Source of the DNA: Nocardioidaceae bacterium
Lineage (GTDB): Bacteria > Actinomycetota > Actinomycetes > Propionibacteriales > Nocardioidaceae
Assembly (NCBI GenBank): GCA_035699605.1
Contig: DASSPN010000102.1
Span: 314-64,313 of the forward strand
Direction: 5' to 3'
Length of the DNA: 64,000 bases
This document shows positions 17,808-27,276 of the stretch, in pieces (the first letter of the stretch is position 1; each line of letters starts with the position of its first letter). Made by a program: the position numbers and the translations under genes. The notes under the pieces were generated by a model. The model saw only the letters and a program-made list of their open reading frames with translations, was not told where the DNA came from and made no database searches.

Positions 17808-19391
17808 ATGGAGGACGTGTTCCGCGGGTACGACGGCGTCACCGGGCCGGCGTACGACGAGATGTTCGACGCGGCCGGCGTGCGTTCGGAGTACCGGCCG
17901 GTCTACGACGCGTTCCTCAAGATGCCGGCTGACGAGATCCGGGCACGCGCGGAGTCGCTCGCGTCGGCCTACCTCGACCAGGGTGTGACGTTCGGGGTCG
18001 GCGGTGAGGAACGCCCCTTCCCGCTCGACATCGTGCCTCGAATCATCGACGCGGAGCGGTGGCGCGTGGTCGAGGCAGGCGTGCGGCAGCGGGTCCTGGC
18101 CCTCGAACGCTTCCTCGACGACATCTACGGTGCCGGGGCGTGCCTGTCCGACGGCGTCCTCCCCCGGTCGGTCGTGGCGACCAGCCCGCACTACCACCGG
18201 GTGGTGGCCGGCTTCAGCCCGACGAACGGGGTCCGGGTGCATGTGGCCGGCGTCGACCTGATCCGTGACGACGACGGCGAGTTCCGCGTGCTCGAGGACA
18301 ACGTGCGCGTCCCGTCCGGAGTCTCGTATGTCATCACCAACCGCCGCGCCATGACGAGCGCGCTCCCGGAGGCGTTCGGCGACTTCTCGGTCGAGCCCGT
18401 GAGCGGCTACCCCTCGCGACTGCTGGCAGCGCTACGGGCGTCGGCGCCAGCCGGAGTGGCAGACCCGACCGTCGTCGTTCTCACGCCCGGCGTGCACAAC
18501 TCCGCCTACTTCGAGCACGCACTGCTCGCCCGGACGATGGGCATCGAGCTGGTGGAGGGCCGAGACCTGGTCTGCCGCGGCGGACGCGTCAGCATGCGCA
18601 CCACCAACGGCCTGCAGCCGGTGCACGTCATCTACCGACGCGTCGACGACGAGTTCCTCGACCCCGTGCACTTCCGCGCGGACTCCGTGCTCGGGGTCCC
18701 TGGCCTGATCAACGCGGCGCGGGCCGGGCACGTCACCATCGCCAACGCCGTGGGCAACGGCGTCGCCGACGACAAGCTGCTCTACACCTACGTTCCCGAC
18801 CTGATCCGCTACTACCTGCACGAGGAGCCGGTGCTCCGGAACGTCGACACCTGGCGCCTCGGTGACGCCGAGGCTCGGGCGGAGGTCCTGGACCGCCTCG
18901 ACGAGCTGGTCCTCAAGCCCGTCGACGGCTCCGGCGGGAAGGGCATCGTCATCGGGCCGGCAGCGACCCGGGCGGAGCTCGACGACCTGCGGGAGCGCAT
19001 CCTGGCCGACCCTCGCGCGTGGGTGGCGCAGCCGGTCGTCGCCCTGTCCACCGTCCCGACCCTCATCGACGACGCGGTGCGACCGCGCCACGTCGACCTC
19101 CGGCCGTTCGCGGTCAACGACGGCGACGAGGTGTGGGTCCTCCCCGGTGGCCTCACCCGGGTCGCGCTGCCGGAAGGCGAGCTGATCGTGAACTCCAGCC
19201 GGGGCGGGGGGTCCAAGGACACGTGGATCGTCTCCGAGCGTCACGAGTCCGCGGCGGTGCGTCCCGTCGTACCGGCGCCGTTCACCGGCGAACCGCGCCT
19301 CCCGACGGACGCCGGGCCGGCCATCGCCGACCTGCACATGTCCGTCCAGCAGCAACAGCAGCAACAGCAGCAGTGGGGGTCGTCGTGCTGA
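17808..19391 (+). CDS. Circularly permuted type-2 ATP-grasp protein
   Basis: 527 aa. Conserved blocks LDIVPRII, RVLEDNVRVPSGVSY, LKPVDGSGGKG and NSSRGGGSKDTW. C-terminal extension ends in Q9-WGSSC. Confidence 0.85.
   Translation: MEDVFRGYDGVTGPAYDEMFDAAGVRSEYRPVYDAFLKMPADEIRARAESLASAYLDQGVTFGVGGEERPFPLDIVPRIIDAERWRVVEAGVRQRVLALERFLDDIYGAGACLSDGVLPRSVVATSPHYHRVVAGFSPTNGVRVHVAGVDLIRDDDGEFRVLEDNVRVPSGVSYVITNRRAMTSALPEAFGDFSVEPVSGYPSRLLAALRASAPAGVADPTVVVLTPGVHNSAYFEHALLARTMGIELVEGRDLVCRGGRVSMRTTNGLQPVHVIYRRVDDEFLDPVHFRADSVLGVPGLINAARAGHVTIANAVGNGVADDKLLYTYVPDLIRYYLHEEPVLRNVDTWRLGDAEARAEVLDRLDELVLKPVDGSGGKGIVIGPAATRAELDDLRERILADPRAWVAQPVVALSTVPTLIDDAVRPRHVDLRPFAVNDGDEVWVLPGGLTRVALPEGELIVNSSRGGGSKDTWIVSERHESAAVRPVVPAPFTGEPRLPTDAGPAIADLHMSVQQQQQQQQQWGSSC
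19347..19373 (+). repeat. CAG/CAA trinucleotide run (9 codons, poly-Gln)
   Basis: cagcagcaacagcagcaacagcagcag, in frame at the 3' end of the ATP-grasp gene, 12 nt before the GTG start of the next gene. Confidence 0.95.
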
Positions 19392-20314
19392 GCCGCATCG
19401 CCGAGTCGCTCTTCTGGATCGGACGGTACGTCGAGCGTGCCGACGTGACCGCACGCATCCTGGACGTCCAGCTGCAGCTGCTGGTCGAGGACCCGCTCGT
19501 CGAGGAGGAGGCCTCGTGCCAGCTCCTGCTCGGCATCATGGGGGTGACCCATGACGGGCCGCTCGACCATCGGGAGATGATGCGCCTTCTCGTGTACGAC
19601 GCGGCGTCCGACGTGTCCGTGGTGGCCACCATCAACGCCGCCCGGGAAAGTGCGCGCCGGGCGCGCGAGACCCTGTCGACGGAGATGTGGTCGGCGATCA
19701 ACACGACGTGGCGGGCGATTCCCAGCGGTCGGGTCCGCACCATGCGGTCCGACGCCGCACTCTCCTGGGTGCGGGAGCGTGCGGCCGTGATCGCGGGCAT
19801 CGCCGACTCGACGATGAGTCGGGACGAGGGCTGGCACTTCCTCGTGCTCGGCCGCAGCATCGAGCGGGTGGACATGACCGCCCGGTTGCTGACGACGACC
19901 GCCCTCGCCGGCGGTCCGGCGTCCGGCTGGCCGACCGCACTCCGGGCCTGTGGTGCGTACGAGTCGTTCCTGCGGACCTACCGCGGGCTCGAGGCCGGCA
20001 ACGCCGCCGCGGAGTTCCTGCTCCTCGACCGGCTGTTCCCCCGGTCCATCGTGTCGGCGCTGACGACTGCCGAGCAGTGCCTCGAGGAGCTCGAGTCCAC
20101 GGGGCAGCGGGCCGGTTTCAGCGACGAGGCCCAGCGTCTCCTCGGCAAGGCGCGGGCCGACCTGGAGTACCGCGTGCTCGGCGACCTGATCGCGACGCTG
20201 CCCCAGGAGATGGAGCGGCTACAGCTGACCTGCAGCGCTGCGGCCGACGCGGTGGCCGCCCGGTACTTCGAGACTGCCGAGGCGATCTGCTGGATCAGGG
20301 AGGCGTCGTCATGA
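19385..20314 (+). CDS. Alpha-E domain protein
   Basis: The N-terminus LSRIAESLFWIGRYVERAD is the hallmark of alpha-E proteins. GTG 19385 overlaps the ATP-grasp stop. Confidence 0.8.
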   Translation: MLSRIAESLFWIGRYVERADVTARILDVQLQLLVEDPLVEEEASCQLLLGIMGVTHDGPLDHREMMRLLVYDAASDVSVVATINAARESARRARETLSTEMWSAINTTWRAIPSGRVRTMRSDAALSWVRERAAVIAGIADSTMSRDEGWHFLVLGRSIERVDMTARLLTTTALAGGPASGWPTALRACGAYESFLRTYRGLEAGNAAAEFLLLDRLFPRSIVSALTTAEQCLEELESTGQRAGFSDEAQRLLGKARADLEYRVLGDLIATLPQEMERLQLTCSAAADAVAARYFETAEAICWIREASS

Positions 20315-21156
20315 GCATGCAGCTGCGGGTCAGCCACACGACCGGCTACAAGTACGAGGGGGCCGTGGTCGCGTCGTACAACGAGGCGCGCATGACGCCG
20401 GTGACCGCCGCCGGGCAGCTGGTGCTGAGCAGCAGGCTCGACGTGACACCAGCGCCCTTCGTCTACAAGTACCGCGACTACTGGGGAGCGCTCGTCACGG
20501 CGTTCGAGATCTCCGACGTCCACCACGAGCTCCTCGTCACCGCGACGTCCGTGGTGCAGGTCGACCGCCACGCTCCCCAGCCACGGCACCTGTCGTGGGA
20601 GGACGTGCGGGATCCCCTCGTCGTGGACCGGATGTGCGAGTACCTCGCACTGTCGGGCCTGGTGCGTCCTGGTGAGGACCTGGCCGATCGCCTGGTGCCG
20701 CTGCGCTCCGAGTCGGCTCGACCAGGGCTCTTCGCCCACGAGGTCTGCAGGTTGGTGGGCGACGAGGTTGCCTACGTCACCGGCTCGACGAACGTCCAGA
20801 GCACCGCGGTCGAGGCGTGGGAGGCGCGGTCCGGTGTCTGCCAGGACATCGCGCACCTGTGCATCGGGGCCCTCCGGACGGCCGGCGTACCGGCACGCTA
20901 CGTCTCCGGCTACCTGCATCCGAGCAGCGAAGCGACGCTGGGTGAGACCGTGACCGGGGAGTCGCACGCCTGGATCGAGTGGTGGGACGGCACCTGGGTC
21001 GGCTTCGATCCCACCAACATGCAGACGCCCGACAACAGGTACGTCGTGGTGGCGGCAGGACGCGACTACAGGGACGTCGCGCCGCTGGCCGGGATCTTCT
21101 CGGGCGGGGAGACCTCGTCGATGTTCGTGGAGGTCTCGGTCACGCGTCTGGAGTGA
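20311..21156 (+). CDS. Transglutaminase-family (papain-like) protein
   Basis: ATGA overlap with the alpha-E gene. N-terminal Bact_transglu_N-like LRVSHTTGYKYEG. Catalytic region GVCQDIAHL...SHAWIEWW...GFDPTN. Confidence 0.85.
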   Translation: MSMQLRVSHTTGYKYEGAVVASYNEARMTPVTAAGQLVLSSRLDVTPAPFVYKYRDYWGALVTAFEISDVHHELLVTATSVVQVDRHAPQPRHLSWEDVRDPLVVDRMCEYLALSGLVRPGEDLADRLVPLRSESARPGLFAHEVCRLVGDEVAYVTGSTNVQSTAVEAWEARSGVCQDIAHLCIGALRTAGVPARYVSGYLHPSSEATLGETVTGESHAWIEWWDGTWVGFDPTNMQTPDNRYVVVAAGRDYRDVAPLAGIFSGGETSSMFVEVSVTRLE

Positions 21157-22126
21157 GCTGCAGCTCCAGCTGATCCTGCACCCAGGCCCACAGCCTCGCT
21201 CGCTCGGCCTCGCCGGTGCGCGTGCTGCGCATGAGGTGCGTCGGGCGCGGACGACGGTCGTGCCACAGCAGCCCGGAGCCGGGATCGGTGTCGGTGCCGA
21301 CCAGCCACACGGTGGTGTCGGCGCCGTCCTCCGCGTCCCGCAGGAACGGCCCGGTGATCCGCCGGAACCGCGGCAGTGACTCGGCGACGCCAGGGGTGTC
21401 TGCCCATCCGGGGTGTGTCGCCGCGACGACGACGCCGGGCCACCGTGCGGCGAGCACCGGCAAGAGCTCGACCTGCGCCCGCTTGCTTCGTGCGTAGGCC
21501 GTCACCCCGGAGTAGTCGCCCTGCAAGAACTGAGGGTCGTCGTCGCGCAGCCGCTGGCTGTACATGCCGCCCGAGGTCACGAGGACGACACGGGCGCCGG
21601 GCTCGAGCCTCGGCAGCAGGAGCTCGGTCATCAGCACCGGTCCGAGCACGTGCAGCGCCATGGTCTGCTCGTGGCCCTGACGAGACTCGGTTCGCTCCGG
21701 AGGCATGGCGCCGGCGTTGTGCACCACCCCGGCGAGCCGGTCGGGTTCGAGCTCGCGGCAGAAGCGGCGGACGTCCTCGAGGTCGGACACGTCGCAACGG
21801 TCCACCACGAGCGACGCCTGCACCGAGCTCTGGGGAACCCGGGCCAGGATCTCGTCCCGGACCCGGCTGCCTTTGGCCTCGTCGCGGACGACGAGGTGGA
21901 CGACGGCACCGAGCTGTGCGAGGCCCTCCGCGGTCGCGATGCCGAGACCCGAGCTCGCACCGGTCACGAGGACGTGGCGGCCGGCCAGGGCGGCCGGTGC
22001 AGGGTCGTCGGGCCAGGTCGGCAGCCGACGGCGGACGGCGGAGCCGATCCGCGTGTAGCCCGGCGCGACCGTCCGGTCGAGCGCGGTGTCGATGCCACGG
22101 GCTACCCGATCGGGGACTCGGATCAT
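21140..22126 (-). CDS. SDR family oxidoreductase
   Basis: VLVTGASSGLGIA Rossmann loop, NAG, and YARSKRA (YxxxK). Only the last 328 codons of the 709-aa ORF look coding. Confidence 0.8.
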   Translation of the reverse strand: MIRVPDRVARGIDTALDRTVAPGYTRIGSAVRRRLPTWPDDPAPAALAGRHVLVTGASSGLGIATAEGLAQLGAVVHLVVRDEAKGSRVRDEILARVPQSSVQASLVVDRCDVSDLEDVRRFCRELEPDRLAGVVHNAGAMPPERTESRQGHEQTMALHVLGPVLMTELLLPRLEPGARVVLVTSGGMYSQRLRDDDPQFLQGDYSGVTAYARSKRAQVELLPVLAARWPGVVVAATHPGWADTPGVAESLPRFRRITGPFLRDAEDGADTTVWLVGTDTDPGSGLLWHDRRPRPTHLMRSTRTGEAERARLWAWVQDQLELQLTPDA

Positions 22127-22821
22127 GTCGACAGCGTAGGGAGGTCCTTCAACTCGGGAGCACTCGCGGTGGCGCGCCCCGTTTCCGTGCGCGTGGACAG
22201 GTCGACGACGAGGTGCGGCAGCATGAGCTGGACCAACGGCCCGATGCTCAGGGCGTACACGACCGTGCCGAGACCGACGGTTCCGCCCAGGGCGAATCCG
22301 ATGCTGAGCACGGTGAGCTCGAGGGTGGTGCGGACCAGTCGGACCGAGAGACCCGTTCTGCGCACCAGTCCCGTCATCAGGCCATCCCGCGGACCCGGTC
22401 CGAGCTGTGCTCCGATGTACAGAGCGCCGGCCAGACCGTTGAGGACGACGCCGGAGACGAGGAGCAGCAGGCGCGGCGCGATCGCGGTCGGCTCGGGAAT
22501 CACAGCCAGGGCCGCGTCCGTGGCGAGGCCGATGACGATCGCGTTGGCGACAGTGCCGAGCCCGGGCATCTGTCGCAGGGGGATCCACAGGAGCAGCACC
22601 AGCAGCCCGACGACGATCACGACCATGCCGAAGGACAGCGGGAGCTTCTCGGCGACGCCGTAGTGGAAGACGTCCCAGGGGTCGAGCCCGAGCGTCGAGC
22701 GGACCAGCATCCCCATGCTGACGCCGTAGAGGAGCAGGCCGACGAACAGCTGCGGAAGCCGGCGACCCAGGCGGCCGGCGCGCAGCTGCTCCAGCGGGGT
22801 GAGGACGGCGAGCTGTTCCAT
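22123..22821 (-). CDS. YczE-like integral membrane protein
   Basis: About 232 aa with 5-6 TM segments. ATGA coupling to the downstream SDR gene. Divergent from a MocR regulator, a commonly seen pairing. Confidence 0.7.
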   Translation of the reverse strand: MEQLAVLTPLEQLRAGRLGRRLPQLFVGLLLYGVSMGMLVRSTLGLDPWDVFHYGVAEKLPLSFGMVVIVVGLLVLLLWIPLRQMPGLGTVANAIVIGLATDAALAVIPEPTAIAPRLLLLVSGVVLNGLAGALYIGAQLGPGPRDGLMTGLVRRTGLSVRLVRTTLELTVLSIGFALGGTVGLGTVVYALSIGPLVQLMLPHLVVDLSTRTETGRATASAPELKDLPTLST

Positions 22822-22873
22822 GGAACCAGGGTGAGTGAAAGTGGCCTCGTGAAAAATAGCCAATTGTGCGAGA

Positions 22874-24274
22874 GTGGTCTGCATGGACCGACGCATCTCC
22901 GCCAGCCGCACCGCCATGCTCCTGGGGTCCGCGGCCGAGCGGAGCCCGGCGTACCTCGGCATCGCCGACGCCCTGCGTCTCCTGGTCACCGACGGGCGCA
23001 TCGCGCCCGGCACGCGGTTGCCCAGTGAGCGCGAGCTGACCGACGCTCTCGGCGTCAGCCGGACGACAGTCACACGCGCGTACGGCGAGCTCCGCGACCG
23101 CGGCTACCTCGAGTCGCGGCAGGGCTCCGGGTCGGTCGTGCGCCTGCCGACGGTCGCCGGCGGCGGCGTGGACAACCTGCTCTCCCCCGGGCGGTCGGCC
23201 GAGGGCAGCATCGACCTCACCTGCGCGGCTCCCGTGGCACCCACTGGCATCGCCCAGGGCTACGAGCACGCGGTCGCCGAGCTGCCGGCGTACCTCACCG
23301 GCACCGGCTACTACCCGTCCGGCGTGCCGGCGCTGCGTGAGGCAATCGCGCAGTGGTACGGCGACCGGGGCCTCCCTACGACCCCGGACCAGGTGCTCGT
23401 CACGTCAGGTGGCCTCGCCGCGATCGCCCTCGTAGCCCGGGCGCTCGTGCGTTCCGGCGACCGGGTGCTCGTCGAGAGCCCCACCTACCCCAACGCGATC
23501 GCGGCCTTCCGGCGCTCCGGCGGCCGGGTGGTCTCGGCTGCCGAGTGGAACGTTCCCGCTGCCCTGGCCTACGTGATCCCCGACTTCCACAACCCGACCG
23601 GACGCCTCATGTCGGACGCGGAACGGTCCGCCCTGGCCACGACGCTCCGACGCACCCGCACGGTCCCGGTCGTCGACGAGACGATGGTCGAGCTGGCGAT
23701 CGACGAGGTCGCGATGCCGGCGCCCTTCGCGACGTGCTCCCGCGACGCGATCACGATCGGCAGCGCGAGCAAGGCGTTCTGGGGCGGGCTGCGCGTCGGC
23801 TGGGTCCGAGCACCCCAGGCACGGATGGGCGACCTGGTGGCCGCCCGGCTGAGCCTCGACCTCGGAGCACCCCTTCTCGAGCAGCTCGCGGTGAAGCACC
23901 TCCTCGCCGACCGGGAGACCGTGCTCGAGGCCCGGCGGGAGCAGCTTCGTGGGGCCCGTGACGTGCTGGCCGGCGCACTCGCGGAGCAGCTGCCGGACTG
24001 GAGGTTCGAGCTCCCCACCGGTGGTCAGGCGCTCTGGTGCGAGCTGCCGCTGCCGCTGTCGTCCGCGCTCACCGCGGCCGCGGAGGAGCACGGCGTGCTC
24101 CTCGCGGCCGGGCCCAGCTTCGCGCCGGAGGGCGGGATGGAGAGGCACCTGCGCCTCCCGTTCACCGCCGCCCCAGAGGTTCTGGAGGAGGCGGTGGGGC
24201 GCATCGCCGATGCGTGGGTGGCTGCCCAGCGGCGCCGCACCCGTCGGACGGGTCGGTCCCCGCTGGTCGCCTGA
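22874..24274 (+). CDS. MocR/GabR-type regulator (GntR HTH fused to a PLP aminotransferase-like domain)
   Basis: N-terminal LPSERELTDALGVSRTTVTRAYGELRDRGYL (GntR wHTH), then a fold-type I domain containing SASKAFWGGLRVGW. The start may be ATG 22883. Confidence 0.85.
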   Translation: MVCMDRRISASRTAMLLGSAAERSPAYLGIADALRLLVTDGRIAPGTRLPSERELTDALGVSRTTVTRAYGELRDRGYLESRQGSGSVVRLPTVAGGGVDNLLSPGRSAEGSIDLTCAAPVAPTGIAQGYEHAVAELPAYLTGTGYYPSGVPALREAIAQWYGDRGLPTTPDQVLVTSGGLAAIALVARALVRSGDRVLVESPTYPNAIAAFRRSGGRVVSAAEWNVPAALAYVIPDFHNPTGRLMSDAERSALATTLRRTRTVPVVDETMVELAIDEVAMPAPFATCSRDAITIGSASKAFWGGLRVGWVRAPQARMGDLVAARLSLDLGAPLLEQLAVKHLLADRETVLEARREQLRGARDVLAGALAEQLPDWRFELPTGGQALWCELPLPLSSALTAAAEEHGVLLAAGPSFAPEGGMERHLRLPFTAAPEVLEEAVGRIADAWVAAQRRRTRRTGRSPLVA

Positions 24275-24276
24275 GG

Positions 24277-25869
24277 TCAGTCGGCGGTCAGGTCGACGGC
24301 GCGAACACTCACCGCGTCGATCGAGGAGCGGATCTCCTCCAACACGGGAGTGGGAATCGCGGAGTCGACCGACAGCGCGACGAGCGCATGGCCCCCCTTG
24401 GTGTCGCGCGCGACCTGCATGCCGGCGATGTTCACCTGGGCGTTCCCGAGAATCTGGCCGACCGTGCCGACCATGCCTGGGCGGTCCTCGTAGCGGAAGA
24501 ACGCGAGGTGCTCGGTCGGCTCGATGTCGACGTCGTAGCCGTCGACCTCCACGAGCCGCTCGCGCTGGCCGATGCCGACCAGCGTGCCGGAGACCGACAC
24601 CTGCGTGCCGTCGGCGAGCGTGCCGCGGATCGTGATCAGGTTGCGGTGGTCGGGGCTCTCTCCCTCGGTCACCAGCCGGACCGCGACGCCACGCTCGGCG
24701 GCCAGGAGCGGCGCGTTGACGTAGGACACCGCGTCCTCGACGACGTCGGTGAAGACGCCCTTGAGCGCAGCGAGCTCCAGGACCTTCACGTCGTACTGGG
24801 TGATCTCGCCGCGGACCTCCACGTCGAGCTGCTGGGCGACCTCGCCGGCCAGGGCGGTGAAGATGCGGCCGAGCTTCTCGGTGAGCGGGATGCCGGGGCG
24901 GACGTCCTCGGCGATGACTCCACCCTGGACGTTGACCGCGTCCGGGACGAGCTCGCCGCTCAGGGCGAGACGGACGGACTTGGCCACGGCGATGCCGGCC
25001 TTCTCCTGCGCCTCGTCGGTCGACGCACCGAGGTGTGGCGTGGCGACGACGTTCTCGAACTCGAACAGCGGGCTGTCGGTGCACGGCTCGGTTGCGAAGA
25101 CATCGAGACCGGCAGCGGCGACGCGACCCTCCTTGATGGCGTTGTAGAGCGCCTGCTCGTCGACGATCCCACCGCGGGCGGCGTTCACGAGCACCAGGCT
25201 CGGCTTCACCTTCGCCAGCTGCTCCTCACCGATCAGCCCGACGGTCTCGGGGGTCTTCGGCAGGTGGACCGACATGAAGTCGGACTGTTCGAGCAGCTCG
25301 TCGAGGCTGACCAGGCGCACACCCATCTGGGCCGCGCGGCCCGCCTGGACGTAGGGGTCGTAGGCGATGACGTTCATGCCGAAGGCAGAGAGCCGCTGGG
25401 CCACCAGCACGCCGATGCGGCCGAGACCGACGATGCCGACGTTCTTCTCGTAGAGCTCGATGCCGGTGTACTTGCTGCGCTTCCACTCCCCGTTCTTCAG
25501 CGCGGCGTTGGCCGGTGCCACGTGACGTGCGGCGGCGAGCATCAGCGCCACGGCCAGCTCGGCGGCGGAGACGATGTTGGAGGTAGGGGCGTTGACGACC
25601 ATGACGCCGCTCTGCGTCGCGGCCTTGACGTCCACGTTGTCGAGGCCGACCCCGGCGCGAGCGACGACCTTGAGCTTCTTGGCCGCGGCGAGGGCCTCGG
25701 CGTCGACCTTGGTGGCCGAGCGGACCAGGATCGCGTCGACGTCGGCGATGGCCGGGAGCAGCTCAGCCCGGTCAGCGCCGTTGCAGGTGCGGATCTCGAA
25801 GTCCGGTCCGAGCGCCTCGACGGTGGCGGGGCTCAGCTCTTCGGCGATGAGTACGACGGGCTTGGTCAC
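24277..25869 (-). CDS. serA: D-3-phosphoglycerate dehydrogenase (long form with ASB and ACT domains)
   Basis: VLIAEELS, VGLGRIGVLVAQR, ARGGIVDE, HLGAST, and a C-terminal ACT region. GTG start chosen at 25869. Confidence 0.9.
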   Translation of the reverse strand: MTKPVVLIAEELSPATVEALGPDFEIRTCNGADRAELLPAIADVDAILVRSATKVDAEALAAAKKLKVVARAGVGLDNVDVKAATQSGVMVVNAPTSNIVSAAELAVALMLAAARHVAPANAALKNGEWKRSKYTGIELYEKNVGIVGLGRIGVLVAQRLSAFGMNVIAYDPYVQAGRAAQMGVRLVSLDELLEQSDFMSVHLPKTPETVGLIGEEQLAKVKPSLVLVNAARGGIVDEQALYNAIKEGRVAAAGLDVFATEPCTDSPLFEFENVVATPHLGASTDEAQEKAGIAVAKSVRLALSGELVPDAVNVQGGVIAEDVRPGIPLTEKLGRIFTALAGEVAQQLDVEVRGEITQYDVKVLELAALKGVFTDVVEDAVSYVNAPLLAAERGVAVRLVTEGESPDHRNLITIRGTLADGTQVSVSGTLVGIGQRERLVEVDGYDVDIEPTEHLAFFRYEDRPGMVGTVGQILGNAQVNIAGMQVARDTKGGHALVALSVDSAIPTPVLEEIRSSIDAVSVRAVDLTAD

Positions 25870-26000
25870 AGTGGTTGTTCCTAGAGACTGGGTGTGTCGG
25901 CTGGCCTGGGCCTCCTCCACGCTGTGGCGCGGGAAGCCGTGCACGACGCTGTGCCCGAGACCTCACTGTACCTGATGGGCCAGGCCCGTCGACCGGGATG

Positions 26001-26462
26001 TCAGGCGGGCCGCGCCACCGGCCAGACGTACTCCAGGTCGTCCGGAACACCCACGAAGTGGGGTCCGTAGTGGTCCGGATCCTTGCGCAGGAGAGCCGAC
26101 CGGTGGGACCGGTGGAAGGCCTCGTCGCCGAGCCACGGCGGCAGCTTTCCCGCTGCCTCCAGCTCCTCCTGCGAGCGGATCTCGGTGACCCCGACGGCCG
26201 CCAGGTCAGCCCGGATCGTTCCGGCGCAGGTGTCGGCGAAGCCGAGCTCGGTCCACACCTCGCAGCACTCGAGCCCGTAGCGGCCCAGCGCCTCCTCGAA
26301 GCCGCGCCACATGTGCACGGCGGGGTGGTGGCGCCAGCCGTAGGTCGGGACGATCAGGCCGCGGACCACCTGAATGGTCTCCACGCGCTGTTTGCCGAGT
26401 CGTTTGGCGTCCAGGACTCGGGCGGAGCGCTCGAAGTCTGGGTAGGGCAGGAACGTCTGCAC
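26001..26462 (-). CDS. Conserved small protein, possibly pyrimidine-dimer glycosylase (DenV)-like
   Basis: GTG 26462 gives MQTFLPYPDFERSARVLDAKRLGKQRVE...HHPAVHMW. The functional assignment is a weak recollection. Confidence 0.5.
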   Translation of the reverse strand: MQTFLPYPDFERSARVLDAKRLGKQRVETIQVVRGLIVPTYGWRHHPAVHMWRGFEEALGRYGLECCEVWTELGFADTCAGTIRADLAAVGVTEIRSQEELEAAGKLPPWLGDEAFHRSHRSALLRKDPDHYGPHFVGVPDDLEYVWPVARPA

Positions 26463-26463
26463 G

Positions 26464-27156
26464 TCAGACGTAGCACCCGTCCGGACCGCAGGCGTCACCG
26501 TCGCCCATCACCTGCAACGGCTGGGACTCAGCCCATGCGCGGTCGAGCACCTGGGAGAAGACCTCAGCCGGCTGCGCGCCCGAGACGCCGTACTTCCCGT
26601 CCACCACGAAGAAGGGGACGCCGGTGATGCCGTAGGCGCGGGCCTGGGCGATGTCGGCCAGCACGGCGTCGCCGTACTCCCTCGTCCCGAGGACCTGGTC
26701 CACCCGGGCCGGGTCGAGCCCGACGTCGACCGCCACCTTGCGCAGCACATCGTGGTCACCCATCGACTCACCCCGCGAGAAGAAGGCGGCCAGGAACGCC
26801 TCCTTGAGCTCGGCCTGGCGTCCCACCTCGAGCGCGAGGTGGAGCAACCGGTGCGCGTCGATCGTCTTGCTGTGCGTGGCGTGGGCGTAGTCGAAGATCA
26901 GCCCTTCGTCCGCCGCGACCGCCTCGACCCGCGCCATCATCTGGCGGCCGTTCGCCTCGCCGCCGCCGTACTTGCGACCGAGCATCTGCGCCACCGACTC
27001 GTGGCCGACCTCGGGGGCAGTCGGGTCGAGCTCGAAGGAGCGGTAGACGACCTCGACCTGGTTGCGGTGCGGGAAGGACTCCAGCGCACGCTCGAGCCGG
27101 CGCTTGCCGATGTAGCACCAGGGGCAGACGACGTCGGACCAGATCTCGATGCGCAT
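26464..27156 (-). CDS. DsbA/FrnE-family thiol:disulfide oxidoreductase
   Basis: IEIWSDVVCPWCYIGKRRLE (CPWC active site) and GITGVPFFVVDGKYGVSGAQ. Confidence 0.85.
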   Translation of the reverse strand: MRIEIWSDVVCPWCYIGKRRLERALESFPHRNQVEVVYRSFELDPTAPEVGHESVAQMLGRKYGGGEANGRQMMARVEAVAADEGLIFDYAHATHSKTIDAHRLLHLALEVGRQAELKEAFLAAFFSRGESMGDHDVLRKVAVDVGLDPARVDQVLGTREYGDAVLADIAQARAYGITGVPFFVVDGKYGVSGAQPAEVFSQVLDRAWAESQPLQVMGDGDACGPDGCYV

Positions 27157-27211
27157 GACTGGTCAACCGCTACCCGGTCCTGGATCTTCCGACACGGCGT
27201 GTGAACTGCAC

Positions 27212-27239
27212 GACGCCCCACGGTGAGCCGTGGGGCGTC
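27212..27239 (-). terminator. Perfect 12-bp hairpin downstream of the surface-protein gene
   Basis: GACGCCCCACGG-tgag-CCGTGGGGCGTC, 38 nt after the stop at 27277. No clean U-tract. Confidence 0.5.
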
Positions 27240-27276
27240 GCGCTCGTGCTTGTGGTTCTGCTTCTCAGACCTGCCG

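Noticed and set aside
16539-18242. 567-aa minus-strand ORF, and similar antisense ORFs at 24037-25884, 37971-39605, 40758-42389 and 49338-51134
   Set aside because: Each is antisense to a well-supported gene: Zn-ADH/ATP-grasp, serA, ilvD, the cyclases and gatB/gatA. They are shadow ORFs.
21140-21156. Convergent genes overlapping at their 3' ends (also 10459-10462, 13296-13299, 45456-45465, 49290-49293)
   Set aside because: Short 3' overlaps of convergent genes are common in compact GC-rich genomes. There is no extra signal to suggest anything beyond tight packing.
21140-23269. 709-aa ORF read as a single gene
   Set aside because: Only the C-terminal 328 codons (from ATG 22126) resemble an SDR. 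The upstream 381 codons are Arg/Pro/Ala-rich and overlap the YczE-like gene (other frame) and the MocR gene (antisense).
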